From contig JAGQHJ010000002.1 in assembly GCA_020431915.1 (NCBI GenBank), positions 49,078-113,077 on the forward strand: a stretch of DNA of 64,000 nucleotides, in the 5' to 3' direction. This document shows, one piece after another, positions 37,032 to 48,152 of this stretch; position 1 is the stretch's first letter, and each line of letters starts with the position of its first letter. This stretch comes from Cyanobacteria bacterium HKST-UBA04. Its GTDB lineage: Bacteria; Cyanobacteriota; Vampirovibrionia; Vampirovibrionales; JAGQHJ01. The notes under the pieces were generated by a model that was not told where the DNA came from, did no database searches, and worked only from the letters and a program-made list of their open reading frames with translations. The translations under genes and the position numbers were made by a program.

Positions 37032-38711
37032 CTACCCGGTTGTTTCGGCCATGCTTAACGACTCGAAGCCCTTGGGCGGCGCCCCCAGCCACTGGGCCAG
37101 GGCATGCTGGCTGGCCGGGCGATAGCTGGGCAAACACAGGTGCACCCACGGCCCCATCATCCCGGTTTGCGACTGGCCACTGACCAGCACCTGCCCATCG
37201 GTGGGCATGCCCACGCTGACCAGTACCACCTTGGTGGCCGGGTGAGCCTCGACCAGACGCTGGTAGTACCGTTGCTGGGCTTCGTCGAGCAGGGCATTGA
37301 AGGCCACAAAGACCAGGGCATCGAGCGGGTGCTCCGCCCATACCGGCCATTGAGAACCGCTTCCCCCGTCAGGTTCACGTTGCCGCGACACGCCAGGCAG
37401 GGGATAGTTGAAGTGCATGGCCGGCTTCAACCCGGCCTGGGTCAACCAGCCTTCGAGCGGGGGGGCCTGTCTCAAGTCATCGCGATAGTGCACCATGTCT
37501 AATTGGTTGGGAGCGACCAGCGCCCAGGTTTTCTTGTGGCTCAGGGGCAAAGGACTGGGGACGTAGTGGTGCTGTTCGGCCATCGCCTGCTTGGCCCAGC
37601 CCAACGCCAGATCGTGACAGTAGGTCTTGCTTAAGGCCGCCTCGTCAAAGCTGGGCCGATCAACGGCCCCCAATGTCTGGATGGTTTGCCAGACCCGCTG
37701 GGCTTTTTCGTTAATCCGTTGTTCGTCGAGCTTACCCTGCCGAAGCCGCTTAAGCAGAGCACTGTACACCTGCCAAGCCAGGGGTTGGGCCTGGCGATAC
37801 ACCAGCACATCGCACCCAGCATCGAGTACATGCAAGGCCGCTTCCTCCGGGTCGGTATGCTTGCCAATGGCCCCCATCGTCATGTCGTCACTAAAAACAA
37901 GGCCGTTGCCAAACCCCAGCTCGTCGCGCAACAGTTGCACAATAATGCCGGGGTTCATGCTCGACACCACCGACGGATCCACCCCCAACCGTTCACACAA
38001 GGCCGGGTAAAGCCCATGGGCCACCAACACGGCTCCAAGGGCCGGGTCGTGATTGTGAATCAGCTCGGTATAGGGGTCCAGCTCGTCGGGTTGCCAGTTG
38101 CCAAACACGGGCAAGTCCAGGTGCGAATCCACCGTACCGCTGCCATGACCGGGAAAATGCTTGGCCACCGGCAACACACCGGCCTGTACATGGGCAGCCA
38201 TCACGGCCTGGGCAAAGGGCATAACCGCCTCAACCGTCTCGCCGTAAGCCCGCACCCCAATAATGGGGTTGGCCTGCTCCCGGTTCAAATCGACGGTCGG
38301 GGCAAAGTTTAGGTTAAACCCCAGCCAGCGCAACCGACGCGCGGTTTCTTCGGCCACGGTACGGCACAAGTCGAGCTGCCGCGAACGACCATAACTGAGC
38401 GCCGTGCAACCGGTAGGAAAAAACCAGTGGGGCAAACGCTCCACCTGCCCACCTTCCTGATCGACCCCCATAAACCCCAGAGGGTTAGGGCCAAAACGGC
38501 CCCGTAAATCGGCCATGTAGGCTCGGCAATCCTGAGCCGTGTCGATGTGGTTGAAGTGGTGGCGAAACCACAGCACCCCGCCCAGACCTGTACCGAAAAA
38601 CGGTTCGAGTTCGTCGGCAATCGCTTCGCTGTCGGATCCCACCATAAAGCACAGCGCCAAACGCTGCTCGGTACTAAGGTCATGGAGAGTCAACGGCTTT
38701 GCTTCACTCAT
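37032..38711 (-). CDS. nagZ: Glycoside hydrolase family 3 beta-N-acetylhexosaminidase-like protein (NagZ-type N-domain plus C-terminal domain)
   Basis: GH3 motifs (KHFPGHGSGTVDSHLDLPV and a catalytic Asp region). 559 aa. Confidence 0.75.
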   Translation of the reverse strand: MSEAKPLTLHDLSTEQRLALCFMVGSDSEAIADELEPFFGTGLGGVLWFRHHFNHIDTAQDCRAYMADLRGRFGPNPLGFMGVDQEGGQVERLPHWFFPTGCTALSYGRSRQLDLCRTVAEETARRLRWLGFNLNFAPTVDLNREQANPIIGVRAYGETVEAVMPFAQAVMAAHVQAGVLPVAKHFPGHGSGTVDSHLDLPVFGNWQPDELDPYTELIHNHDPALGAVLVAHGLYPALCERLGVDPSVVSSMNPGIIVQLLRDELGFGNGLVFSDDMTMGAIGKHTDPEEAALHVLDAGCDVLVYRQAQPLAWQVYSALLKRLRQGKLDEQRINEKAQRVWQTIQTLGAVDRPSFDEAALSKTYCHDLALGWAKQAMAEQHHYVPSPLPLSHKKTWALVAPNQLDMVHYRDDLRQAPPLEGWLTQAGLKPAMHFNYPLPGVSRQREPDGGSGSQWPVWAEHPLDALVFVAFNALLDEAQQRYYQRLVEAHPATKVVLVSVGMPTDGQVLVSGQSQTGMMGPWVHLCLPSYRPASQHALAQWLGAPPKGFESLSMAETTG

Positions 38712-38732
38712 ACCTGTTATTATACCGACAAC

Positions 38733-40124
38733 TCACTTGCCCACGCAGAAGCGGGCATAAACGGTATCCAGCACCGCTTCGGATGCATCGCGGCCCAGCA
38801 GTTCCTGTAGCAGCAACAGCGCGTTGGTCAGCGGCACGGTGGCCAAATCCAGTGGCAACCTTGGTTGGGCCAAGGCATCGACGGCCCCCTGCAGCTCGAC
38901 CGCCACGGCTTCAAGTTGCCGAATCTGCCGCTGGCTCAGCAGATACCCCAACTCACCGATATCGGGCAAGGTGTCCAGCTGCTGACCAATCCAGTCCAGC
39001 ACGGCTTCAATCCCCTGGCCCGTGTGACTTGAAACCAGGCACTGCTCAACCCCCTCAAGCCGGGAATCAAGGCGACAGGCCTCAGCAGGGCCGGCCCCAG
39101 CACAATCGATCAAATCGGCCTTGTGCCACACCCACAAGATCGGTGCCGCCTGCTCAAGCAAGGCCCAGGTCTCGGCAGGCACCGGCTGGGTTAGGTCGGC
39201 CACAATCAACGTCAGGGCCGACTCGGCCATGGCATGGCGGGCCCGTGCCACGCCTTGCTGTTCGATATCGTCCGTGCTGGTACGCAAACCCGCAGTATCG
39301 ACGAGCGTAACGGGCACACCGGCAACCAGCATGGTTTCCGTCAGCGTGTCACGGGTGGTACCGGCCTGCGGGGTCACAATGGCCCGTTCCGACTGCAGGA
39401 GCCGGTTAAACAACGACGATTTCCCGGCGTTCGGGGCCCCACCCAAAGCCACGCGAAGCCCGTCCCGGATTGGTTGGCTGCGGTGGTTCAGGGCCAACTG
39501 CACCTGCACATCGGCCAGGGTTTCCTCTAGACGGCATTGCAATACCCCCCGATCAGGCTCGTCCACTTCGTCGGGAAAATCGATATGGGCCACCATATCC
39601 GCCTGTATCGTTTGAATTGCCTGCCAGTAGCGCTCAAGCAACCCGGCCAGGGTACGCTGGTGCATGTTGTGGGCAGCCAGCTTCACCATCCGCTCGCCCT
39701 GGGCATGGATCAGATCCAACACCGACTCGGTCTGGGTCAGGTTTAGCCTGCCACAGACCATGGCCCGATGGGTAAACTCGCCGGCATGAGCCAACGTGGC
39801 CCCGGCGGCCAAGCAGCGTTGCAGTACCAATTGCACCAAAGCCCGGCCCCCGTGGGTCTGGATTTCCACGACGTCCTGGCCGGTGTAGCTGTTCGGTGCC
39901 CGAAACGGCAACAGAACAACCTGATCCAATACCTGGCCATCGCGGGTATCCACCAGCCAATCCACCACCACGCGACCGGCGTCGGCCAAGCGCTTGGGGT
40001 GCTGCATCAGGGCCTTGGTAACGGCCCAACTGTCAGGCCCACTCAGGCGCACCACAGCCACCCCACCCACACCGGCCGGTGTGGCAATCGCGGCAATGGT
40101 CGTCTCCAGGTCGTTAAACATCAT
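38733..40124 (-). CDS. mnmE: tRNA modification GTPase MnmE (TrmE)
   Basis: N-terminal THF-binding domain, G-domain (GAPNAGKSSLFNRL, DTAGLR) and the C-terminal CxGK motif (...ARFCVGK). Confidence 0.9.
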   Translation of the reverse strand: MMFNDLETTIAAIATPAGVGGVAVVRLSGPDSWAVTKALMQHPKRLADAGRVVVDWLVDTRDGQVLDQVVLLPFRAPNSYTGQDVVEIQTHGGRALVQLVLQRCLAAGATLAHAGEFTHRAMVCGRLNLTQTESVLDLIHAQGERMVKLAAHNMHQRTLAGLLERYWQAIQTIQADMVAHIDFPDEVDEPDRGVLQCRLEETLADVQVQLALNHRSQPIRDGLRVALGGAPNAGKSSLFNRLLQSERAIVTPQAGTTRDTLTETMLVAGVPVTLVDTAGLRTSTDDIEQQGVARARHAMAESALTLIVADLTQPVPAETWALLEQAAPILWVWHKADLIDCAGAGPAEACRLDSRLEGVEQCLVSSHTGQGIEAVLDWIGQQLDTLPDIGELGYLLSQRQIRQLEAVAVELQGAVDALAQPRLPLDLATVPLTNALLLLQELLGRDASEAVLDTVYARFCVGK

Positions 40125-40167
40125 ACGGGGCACTTTACCACAACCGTCAAACAACCAGAAGCAGGCG

Positions 40168-42699
40168 CTAGGTCGAGGTTTCGGTAGCACCAAATATGGA
40201 CAACTGCTCGCTCTGGGCCGTTTTAAGCAAGGCGGCCTTACGCTGGGAGTCAATGGCCGAAAACTCTTTCTGGTGCATGGTCGCCAGCAGCTTCTGGGCC
40301 TTGTCGATAACCGTCATCGGTAACCCCGCCATCCGGGCCACATCGATGCCATAGCTTTGCTGGGCTGAACCCGCCACAACCGTGTGCAGAAACTGGATCT
40401 GCCCATCCTCATGTTTGACGAGCACCCGCATGTTGCGAATCTTCGGGTGGGTAGCTTCCAGGGTGTTGAGCTCATGGTAATGGGTGGCAAACAGGGTACG
40501 TGCCCCGTTATGCCGCACCAGGTGATCCGCCACGCTCCATGCAATACTGACGCCGTCGTAGGTGCTCGTCCCCCGGCCCACCTCGTCGAGCAGCACCAGG
40601 CTGCGGTTCGTGGCCCGGTGCAGAATGGTCGCCGTTTCGGTCATTTCCACCATAAAGGTAGACTGCCCACTGCTCAGATCATCAACGGCCCCGATGCGGG
40701 TAAAGAGCTGATCCACCATGCCCACACGGGCATAGGCGGCCGGGACAAAACAGCCCATTTGTGCCATCACCACGGCCAGGGCCACCTGGCGCATATAGGT
40801 GGATTTACCCGCCATATTGGGCCCGGTAATAATCATCAACTGCGGATGACCTTCCTCTTGCACGGTGGCGCTCAGCACACAGTCGTTGCGAACAAAAGCG
40901 CCCAAGGGCAGCAACTGCTCGATAACCGGGTGGCGGCATTCATGCAGTACCAGCTCCAGGGAGTCGTCGACCACGGGCCGGCAATACCCGTTGTCGACAG
41001 CCGCCTGCCCAAAACCGCACAAGATGTCGGCAATCGCCACCTTGCGCGCCACGTCCTTGAGCACGGCCCCGTAAGCCATCAGCTCCCGGCGCAATTGGGT
41101 ATACAAGGTCAGCTCCACGTCGGCCAACTGAGCCTTGCTGGTAATCACCTGGTCTTCATGAGCTTTGAGCTCGGGGGTAATAAACCGCTCGGCGTTGGTC
41201 AGGGTTTGCTTTCGGGTATACCGCTCCGGGGCCTGCTTGGCCATGGCCTTGCTAATCTCAATGTAATAACCGAAGGCATGGGTATACCCCAGCTTGAGGG
41301 TCTTCAGGCCGGTCGTCTCGCGCTCGGACAGCTCGTACCGATCGAGCCATTCGGCCTGGTTGTTAACCACATCGCGCAGCTGATCCAGCTGGGCATTGTA
41401 GCCTTCACGCATAATATTGCCATCGGCCAACGTCACACCAGGGTTATCGGCAATGGCCGTTTCCACACGACTGCAAAACTCGTGCACCGCTTCGGGTAAC
41501 GCCTGCAACTGCTGCAGGTAAAAAACCGACTCCCCCGCCAACGGCCCGGCCAAGGTCATCAGGGCCCGGCAACTGCCCAGCAGCGCATGCAAGTCGCGGG
41601 GCATAATCGTGGCATTCTGCACCTTCAAGGCCAGCCGTTCCATGTCGTACACGTCGGCCAACCGCTGAGCCAAGGGCAAGCGCACATCGGGCGCCGAAAC
41701 CAGCCGCTCGACCGTGGCCAACCGCGACTCGATTTCATTGAGCGAAACGGACGGGGCCACCACCCATTCGCGCAAGAGCCGAGCCCCCATGGCAGTTTGG
41801 GTTTTATCGAGCACCCACAGCAGCGACCCCTCGCGTCGGCCGTCACGGGCGGTACGCAACAACTCCAGGTGGCGCCGGGTGGGCTGGTTCATCAACAGGG
41901 CGGTGGTTTGCGTGGTAAACCGAATTCCGTCAAAAACCGGCCGGGCCTCGTCAAGCAGGGTGGCATCAATGTATCCCAGCACGGCCCCGCAGGCCGCAAT
42001 GGCTTCCGGGTAACCGTCCAGGCCAAAGCCATCGAGGCTGGCCACCCCAAACCACTGCTCGATGCGGCCCGTTGCACGCTTGCTGTCAAAGGCCTCAGGC
42101 TTAAGCGGGGTGCAAGGGTGTTGGGTCACAATTTCTGCAGGACCGGCCGCACGCCATTCATCCACCACATCGCCCCGCACCCGTTTGCCCAGCACCAGCA
42201 ACTCGGCCGGTTGCAGGCGATCCAGCTCGGCCAGCAGCGATTCGTACCCGACCGACGAGCAGGCAAACCGGCCGGTACTGACATCGCAATAAGCCAGAGC
42301 CCATCGCTGCGACTTGCCATCCACGGCAATCGCCGCCAGATAATTGGCTTCGTCGGATTTGAGGAACTGCTGATCGCTAAGCGTCCCGCTCGACAATACC
42401 CGCGTTACCCGGCGCTCCACCAAGCCCTTGGCCAGCGCGGGGTCTTGTACCTGTTCGCAGATGGCCACCTTGAACTGTTGATCAAGCAGGCGTTGCATGT
42501 AGCTGTCCAACGCCCGGACGGGAATACCGGCCATCGGCACGCGCCCCAGCTTGCCCGAGTCACGGCCTGTCAGGGTAATTTCCAGTGCACGGGCGGCAAT
42601 CACAGCATCCTCGAAAAACGTTTCGTAGAAGTCCCCCATCCGGTACAACAGCAACACCCCCGTGTACTGCTGCTTTACCTCGATAAACTGCCGCATCAT
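40168..42699 (-). CDS. mutS: DNA mismatch repair protein MutS
   Basis: Mismatch-binding N-domain (TPMMRQFIEVKQQ...YRMGDFYETF), Walker A (ITGPNMAGKSTYMRQ) and the C-terminal HTH. The true start is near 42699-42723; the annotated ORF extends to 43092. Confidence 0.9.
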   Translation of the reverse strand: MMRQFIEVKQQYTGVLLLYRMGDFYETFFEDAVIAARALEITLTGRDSGKLGRVPMAGIPVRALDSYMQRLLDQQFKVAICEQVQDPALAKGLVERRVTRVLSSGTLSDQQFLKSDEANYLAAIAVDGKSQRWALAYCDVSTGRFACSSVGYESLLAELDRLQPAELLVLGKRVRGDVVDEWRAAGPAEIVTQHPCTPLKPEAFDSKRATGRIEQWFGVASLDGFGLDGYPEAIAACGAVLGYIDATLLDEARPVFDGIRFTTQTTALLMNQPTRRHLELLRTARDGRREGSLLWVLDKTQTAMGARLLREWVVAPSVSLNEIESRLATVERLVSAPDVRLPLAQRLADVYDMERLALKVQNATIMPRDLHALLGSCRALMTLAGPLAGESVFYLQQLQALPEAVHEFCSRVETAIADNPGVTLADGNIMREGYNAQLDQLRDVVNNQAEWLDRYELSERETTGLKTLKLGYTHAFGYYIEISKAMAKQAPERYTRKQTLTNAERFITPELKAHEDQVITSKAQLADVELTLYTQLRRELMAYGAVLKDVARKVAIADILCGFGQAAVDNGYCRPVVDDSLELVLHECRHPVIEQLLPLGAFVRNDCVLSATVQEEGHPQLMIITGPNMAGKSTYMRQVALAVVMAQMGCFVPAAYARVGMVDQLFTRIGAVDDLSSGQSTFMVEMTETATILHRATNRSLVLLDEVGRGTSTYDGVSIAWSVADHLVRHNGARTLFATHYHELNTLEATHPKIRNMRVLVKHEDGQIQFLHTVVAGSAQQSYGIDVARMAGLPMTVIDKAQKLLATMHQKEFSAIDSQRKAALLKTAQSEQLSIFGATETST

Positions 42700-43163
42700 T
42701 GGTGTGGCATCGTCCAGGTTCACCTGCCAGGAACAGAGGGTATCGACCGGCAGGTTAGCATAGGCCGCTGGCCGCTGCGAAACCGGGGCACCTTCGACAA
42801 CAGCCGGTGGCGCCAAATCATCCGTCGTGCGAGTCAAAACAAGGCATCCCCAAACAAACGTACAAACCTGCCGCCAAAAAAGAGGGACAACGGCAACACC
42901 TTTCCACTGTACCCCAATGACAGCAAGCAGCCCTAGGGCCGAAGCCCCAATTGTTTCAAAGCGAAACAGGAGCCCCTGCTGCCCCACCCTATGCCGGGCC
43001 CTTCTTTCGCCCGGCCGACACACCTTCCCAACCCAACCGACACACCACTCGTGCAAAACGAGTGCGTGCAAAAAATAATCCCGGCTTTCCAATGCAAGGC
43101 AGCGGAATCCGGGACACTTAAGGAGGGGTATAAGTCATTACAGTTCACTACAGTACCCACAAC

Positions 43164-43198
43164 AAAAGAGGTGCACAACGACATTGCGCACCTCTTTT
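43164..43198 (-). terminator. Rho-independent terminator downstream of skp (11-bp perfect stem AAAAGAGGTGC / GCACCTCTTTT)
   Basis: Inverted repeat with integral A/T runs. Lies about 50 nt past the skp stop. Confidence 0.7.
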
Positions 43199-43250
43199 AA
43201 AAAACTTTACCGACAGGCTGATTAAGTAGCCTGGACGACGTTGCCAAGTG

Positions 43251-43718
43251 TTACTTCTTGTTCAACTCGGTCAACACGTCCGTGGTCACGTCCACGCCAC
43301 CGTCCAGTACAACGGCTTTGGTAAACACGATGTCAAGACTCTTGGCCGTTTTAACGTTGTTAATGGCCGTTTCAACCGCTTCGCGAATTTCTTTTTCCTT
43401 GGTCAGAGTCCAATCGCGGTAGGCCTTGAACTGGTCAGCAAAGCGCTGGTTGAGTTGATCTTCGAGGGATTTTTTCTCAACCGGGCTCAGCTCGTCGCCC
43501 TTGGTTTTCAGCTCCTTGGCCAGGTCGAGGCGCAGGGTTTGCAGTTCCCGCTCGCGGGTACGGATTTCACCGGCCAATTCCTTGGCTCGGTTGTATTCAC
43601 GACCAATACGATCGGTGTCAACCACGCCAATTTGTTCGGCAAAGGCGATAGTCGACAGCATGGCCACCCCAATCAGGGTCAATACCATACCCTTGAGGGC
43701 TTGTTTTGCAATGTGCAT
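43251..43718 (-). CDS. skp: OmpH/Skp-family periplasmic chaperone
   Basis: Signal peptide plus a coiled-coil Skp-like body (LAKELKTKGDELSPVEKKSLEDQLNQRFADQFKAY). Classic position downstream of bamA. Confidence 0.7.
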   Translation of the reverse strand: MHIAKQALKGMVLTLIGVAMLSTIAFAEQIGVVDTDRIGREYNRAKELAGEIRTRERELQTLRLDLAKELKTKGDELSPVEKKSLEDQLNQRFADQFKAYRDWTLTKEKEIREAVETAINNVKTAKSLDIVFTKAVVLDGGVDVTTDVLTELNKK

Positions 43719-43863
43719 AGGGTTACTCCTTCATACTGAACAACGCAGTCGTTGTTACACTGTTTTATCAGCAAAGCAGCGGCAAAACAACTAACCCATG
43801 ACGGCCACACCCTGCCAAAGAATAGGCACTCGGTTTAAACGACCCACCCCAAAACACCTTGTG

Positions 43864-45831
43864 CTAGAACTTCTGCCCCACGCCAAAGTGGATGTTGCGC
43901 ACGTTGCCACCCAGATCGTTGCCCAGGGGAATGGCATAGTCAAACCGGATGGGCCCCATGCCGGGAATGTTGATCCGGATACCGGCCCCAACCGACAAAC
44001 CGTAGCCCGGCCGGCCAAAGGCGGCGTCAAGGGAAGGCTGGCCATAGATTTGGCCCACATCACTAAAGGCCACCATCGACACCATGTCGTAAACCGGGTA
44101 GTGATCACCAAAGCGTTTCAGGAAGGGCAGCTTGGACCGGATTTCAGCCGAACCCATCAGGTATTGCTCGCCCACACCCAAACCACCTTCTTGGAAACCC
44201 CGAACCGAGTTGGTTCCCCCCATGCGGAACATATCAAACTGGGGCACATCACCAACAACCAACGAGCCCCCCTGGGCGTTGAGGTTCAACGAGCTGCTCT
44301 CGGTAATTTTCAGGTAGCGGCGCAGGTTGGCCGACACGCTGCTGTAGCTGCTGTTGCCCAACCCCATGGCGGCATGGGCACCAATGGTGTTCAACCAGCC
44401 GTCGGTCGGGTTCAAGCGGTTGTCGCGTGTGTCCATGCCGATAACCGGAGCCAGGTAGATGAAGGACCCGTCGTTCAGCGCACCGGACGCCGCCCGCTGG
44501 GCCGTGGTAATACCACGCGAGGCCAGCAACGCTGCAGACGCCCCTTCGCTAATGTTGGTGTTTTCAAACCCAATGCCCAGACCTATACTAGTCCCCGGCA
44601 TCGATTCAATAGGCCGGCCAAAGTTTAATTCGCCCCCATAGCGGCGTTCAATGGTCAGCGGCACGTTAAAGCTACCGAATTCGCGAATACTGGTATCAGC
44701 CCCCATTGAAATCAAGCTGTCGTCGCTGATGCTGGGGTTAAACCAACTGGTCTGGAATTGCCAGATGCGGCGGTTGATCGTATCGCGGTCGCGACCGATA
44801 ACGCCACTACCCACCATTGCCGTCGAGGAAATGTTCTGCCCGCGGCCCCGGAAGTTGGGATCGGAATACCCCAACGACCCAAACAGGCCGGTGCCGGTAT
44901 CGATACCGCCGCCGAGCGAAATGGCCCCGGTTTTCTTCTCGTCGAGTTCCATCACCAGAATATACTTGCCGTCGTTGTTGGGATCAGCCTTGACCACGCG
45001 CCGCACGTCAGAGAAGGCCTGGGTCGAGAAGATGCGCTTCATGTCGTCAGCCACCACCTTCTCGTTGTACACCTCGTTGACCTTCTGGGCCATGGCCCGC
45101 AGGACCACCTTGTCCTTGGTTTTCTTGTTGCCCTCGAACTCAATGGAACTGATGGTACCCTCGTTAATCGTCATCATGATTTCACCGGCGGCCGGCTCAT
45201 CAATGTCGTCAACGCGGCTAAGTACAAGCCCCTTGTCGCGATACAGGCCCTCAACGTCCTCGATACCCTTGTTAATCAGATTCACGTTTTGCGGACGACC
45301 CAACTGTTTCTTAAACAAGGCCCGCAGCTCGCTGTCCTCAACCAGCGTGTTACCTTTAAAACCAATTTTGGTAACCAGTTGGTTCTCGTCGAGCACATAC
45401 TTTACTTTGATGCCGTCGCGCGTGGCCACCGGCACCGCCCGAAGCTTGTCGGTAAACCAGCCCGAATCAAACAGAAGCTGCAGGTCTTTTTTAAGACGAC
45501 GCTTACTGTACAAGCTGCCGGGCTTGGTCAGAATAATATCGAGCACCTCGCGGTCGCGAATATGGTGGTTGCCTTCCATCTCGACCACCGTCACCGTGAC
45601 GCCCTGATCGTAAATCGGTTCGGCACCGGGCAAGGCAGAGTCCTGGCCACCAGGCGCCAACTCCTCGATATCGGTAACGGTTTCCTCCGTCTCGGCGTAC
45701 GGGTCGGCGGTATCCAGAATATCGGCCCGGGCCGGGCTCGTCATCAAACCAAGCAACACCATACCGGCCAATACGGCCAGCAAGGCCGATAAGCGAAAGC
45801 GAGAATGGTAAGCCGTCACGGTCTCTATCAC
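43864..45831 (-). CDS. bamA: Outer membrane protein assembly factor BamA/Omp85 (about 3 POTRA domains + 16-strand barrel)
   Basis: Signal peptide, POTRA repeats and a surface-antigen barrel ending in ...HFGVGQKF. 655 aa, the short form typical of non-proteobacterial diderms. Confidence 0.85.
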   Translation of the reverse strand: MIETVTAYHSRFRLSALLAVLAGMVLLGLMTSPARADILDTADPYAETEETVTDIEELAPGGQDSALPGAEPIYDQGVTVTVVEMEGNHHIRDREVLDIILTKPGSLYSKRRLKKDLQLLFDSGWFTDKLRAVPVATRDGIKVKYVLDENQLVTKIGFKGNTLVEDSELRALFKKQLGRPQNVNLINKGIEDVEGLYRDKGLVLSRVDDIDEPAAGEIMMTINEGTISSIEFEGNKKTKDKVVLRAMAQKVNEVYNEKVVADDMKRIFSTQAFSDVRRVVKADPNNDGKYILVMELDEKKTGAISLGGGIDTGTGLFGSLGYSDPNFRGRGQNISSTAMVGSGVIGRDRDTINRRIWQFQTSWFNPSISDDSLISMGADTSIREFGSFNVPLTIERRYGGELNFGRPIESMPGTSIGLGIGFENTNISEGASAALLASRGITTAQRAASGALNDGSFIYLAPVIGMDTRDNRLNPTDGWLNTIGAHAAMGLGNSSYSSVSANLRRYLKITESSSLNLNAQGGSLVVGDVPQFDMFRMGGTNSVRGFQEGGLGVGEQYLMGSAEIRSKLPFLKRFGDHYPVYDMVSMVAFSDVGQIYGQPSLDAAFGRPGYGLSVGAGIRINIPGMGPIRFDYAIPLGNDLGGNVRNIHFGVGQKF

Positions 45832-46020
45832 AGGCTAAATACTGTCCTTCGGGCATAAGGGGGGAGGGGCGGGCACGCGCGGATGGTTTGAGAAAACCGA
45901 CTAAATGGCAAGCACCACGGTGCTGCCGTCAGCATACACCACCTAATTATCGAAAATCAACGAAACAACCCGCCAGACTTAATGTAAGCCGGAATGCAAA
46001 CCGGGCAGGGCACAACCAGC

Positions 46021-47112
46021 CTATGCCGGACTTTCTGCACCTGCTGGCGAAAAAGCCCTGTGCATGGGTGATTTTAACCACAACACCCCCCCCGGTAAGG
46101 CGCTAAGCAGCAAGATGGTTAACCACACCATGCTTAACAACAGGCTCACCGAATAGGGCAGCCCTCCCCAATGGGTCAAGATAAACACTGCCGAGGCCTC
46201 GCGAACCCCCAGCCCGTTAAGCGCCAACGGAAACATACTGGCCAGGCCCGGCAGTCCGTAAGCCAAAAACAACAGTCCCCAGACCGGCGCCGTCATAGAC
46301 ACCCCCATAACCGACAACACCCCGCCCTGAACCAGCACCACCCCCACATGAAAGACGGCACTAAGCAGCAGGGCTGCGCTCAGGGCCGAGGTATTGGGCC
46401 AAACCGACAGACCGGCCGGGGTAGACAAGACGCTGGCATCGCTCTCAGGCCCGTTGCTATCAGGGGCTTCAGACGCCAAATCGGGCACCGCCTGGAACTG
46501 ATCGGCAAGGCGATGCAAAAACCAGCCGCCCAGCCAGCGGTGGGTCAGCAACGTTTTGAAGCGGTAGGTCGCGGCAAGCAGTCCGCCGCAACCGGCCAGC
46601 CCCACGCCCAGCAGCCAGGGCGGCAAAAGTGGCAACCCTTCAGGGGTCGGCATCCATAGCCAAATACCTGCCATCATCACCAGCAAGGCCACCAGCCCCG
46701 TCCAGCGTTCCGAAAACACCGACAAGCCAATGGGCGTATACGGCTTTTGACCAACGCCAGGCTGTTCGGTCCGGGCGGCCATCCAGATGCGTACCACATC
46801 GCCCCCAACAATGGTGGGCAAAAAGAGGCTGGCAAACATGCCAATGTAATAAAAACGCACGTACGCCTTTAGAGCACCGACAAACCCCATGCTCCGGGCC
46901 AGCACGGCCCACTTGTAGGCACACATGGCCTGCAACAGCAAATACAGCGCCACACCCCCGATCACCCAGACCAGCAATTGCCGCTTAAACAGAACCTGCA
47001 GATCGTCGCCCACCAGATACAACTGGTAGCCAAGGGCCGCCAGTACCGCCAGGCTAAACACCGCCTGAAAGGCACGCTTATAGGGGGCTAAGTGGGATAG
47101 AACGCGTTTCAT
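46021..47112 (-). CDS. UPF0104 / lysylphosphatidylglycerol-synthase-TM-like (flippase-like) membrane protein
   Basis: Polytopic protein with the LPG_synthase_TM-like pattern. Its start overlaps the GT2 stop (ATGA). Confidence 0.6.
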   Translation of the reverse strand: MKRVLSHLAPYKRAFQAVFSLAVLAALGYQLYLVGDDLQVLFKRQLLVWVIGGVALYLLLQAMCAYKWAVLARSMGFVGALKAYVRFYYIGMFASLFLPTIVGGDVVRIWMAARTEQPGVGQKPYTPIGLSVFSERWTGLVALLVMMAGIWLWMPTPEGLPLLPPWLLGVGLAGCGGLLAATYRFKTLLTHRWLGGWFLHRLADQFQAVPDLASEAPDSNGPESDASVLSTPAGLSVWPNTSALSAALLLSAVFHVGVVLVQGGVLSVMGVSMTAPVWGLLFLAYGLPGLASMFPLALNGLGVREASAVFILTHWGGLPYSVSLLLSMVWLTILLLSALPGGVLWLKSPMHRAFSPAGAESPA

Positions 47113-48152
47113 GTCCCAACAATGGAACGCACCCGGTAGGGCCGTTTCTTCTGGGATTCAAAATAGGTACGGATCTGCAACTCGGCAATCAGCCCGGTAC
47201 TAATTAACTGGATACCGCTAAAGAACAGCAGGATACCGAGCATCAGCATCGGCCGGGAGCCAATGGACTGGCCAAAAACCAGTTTCTCAACCAGCATCCA
47301 GAACAAGACCCCCATGCCCACCAGCAGGGTGGCACCGCCCACCTTGCCAAACAGGTGCAGGGGCCGGGTAAAAAACTTTTTCATGAACAACAGCATGCCC
47401 AGATCCAGAATCACCTTGAAGGTTCTCGACAGGCCGTACTTGCTTTGCCCAAACCGACGAGCACGATGGTGCACCGGCACCTGGCCAATACGACCCCCTT
47501 CCATGGTAACCAGTACCGGAATAAACCGGTGCAGCTCGCCATACATCGGCAAATCCTGAGCCATATCGCGACGGTACGCCTTGAGCGAACAGCCGTAATC
47601 CTTGAAGCGCACCCCGGTCATGGCACCAATCAGGCGGTTGGCAATCCATGAGGGCAGCTTACGCGTCAGGGCCGCATCCTGCCGGTTTTGACGCCAGCCA
47701 ACCACCATGTCCAGGCGGTTGTCATGTAGGTGTCGTATCAACAGGGGAATGTCCTGCGGATCGTTTTGCAGGTCGCCGTCCAGGGTTACCAGAACATCGC
47801 CACGAGCCAGCTCAAACCCGGCGGCCATGGCTGCCGTTTGGCCGTAGTTCCGGCTCAGTTCCACCACCCGCATCTGGTGCAACGGGCTGCTATGCTGCCC
47901 CACCAGTTGTTTAAGCCGGCTAACCGTTCCATCGCTCGATCCGTCATCCACAAAAACCAGTTCGTAAACATCCCCCATCGCGTCGCACACCGCCACCAGT
48001 TCGGCGAAAAGCGGGCCCATATTCTCTTCCTCGTTGTACACCGGCACAACAATCGACACCTTCGGGTGGCAATCCGGCCGCATGATCACGCCATAGGCGT
48101 CATCCGTCAGCGACTTGTCTCCCTTACTGATTGGGTAGGTCTGAGAGATCAA
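47109..48152 (-). CDS. GT2 polyprenyl-phosphate glycosyltransferase (ArnC/GtrB/DPM1-like) with C-terminal TM helices
   Basis: VSIVVPVYNEEENMGPLF...VFVDDGSSDGT motif and DxD. TTG start with a GAAAGGAA RBS. Confidence 0.8.
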   Translation of the reverse strand: MISQTYPISKGDKSLTDDAYGVIMRPDCHPKVSIVVPVYNEEENMGPLFAELVAVCDAMGDVYELVFVDDGSSDGTVSRLKQLVGQHSSPLHQMRVVELSRNYGQTAAMAAGFELARGDVLVTLDGDLQNDPQDIPLLIRHLHDNRLDMVVGWRQNRQDAALTRKLPSWIANRLIGAMTGVRFKDYGCSLKAYRRDMAQDLPMYGELHRFIPVLVTMEGGRIGQVPVHHRARRFGQSKYGLSRTFKVILDLGMLLFMKKFFTRPLHLFGKVGGATLLVGMGVLFWMLVEKLVFGQSIGSRPMLMLGILLFFSGIQLISTGLIAELQIRTYFESQKKRPYRVRSIVGT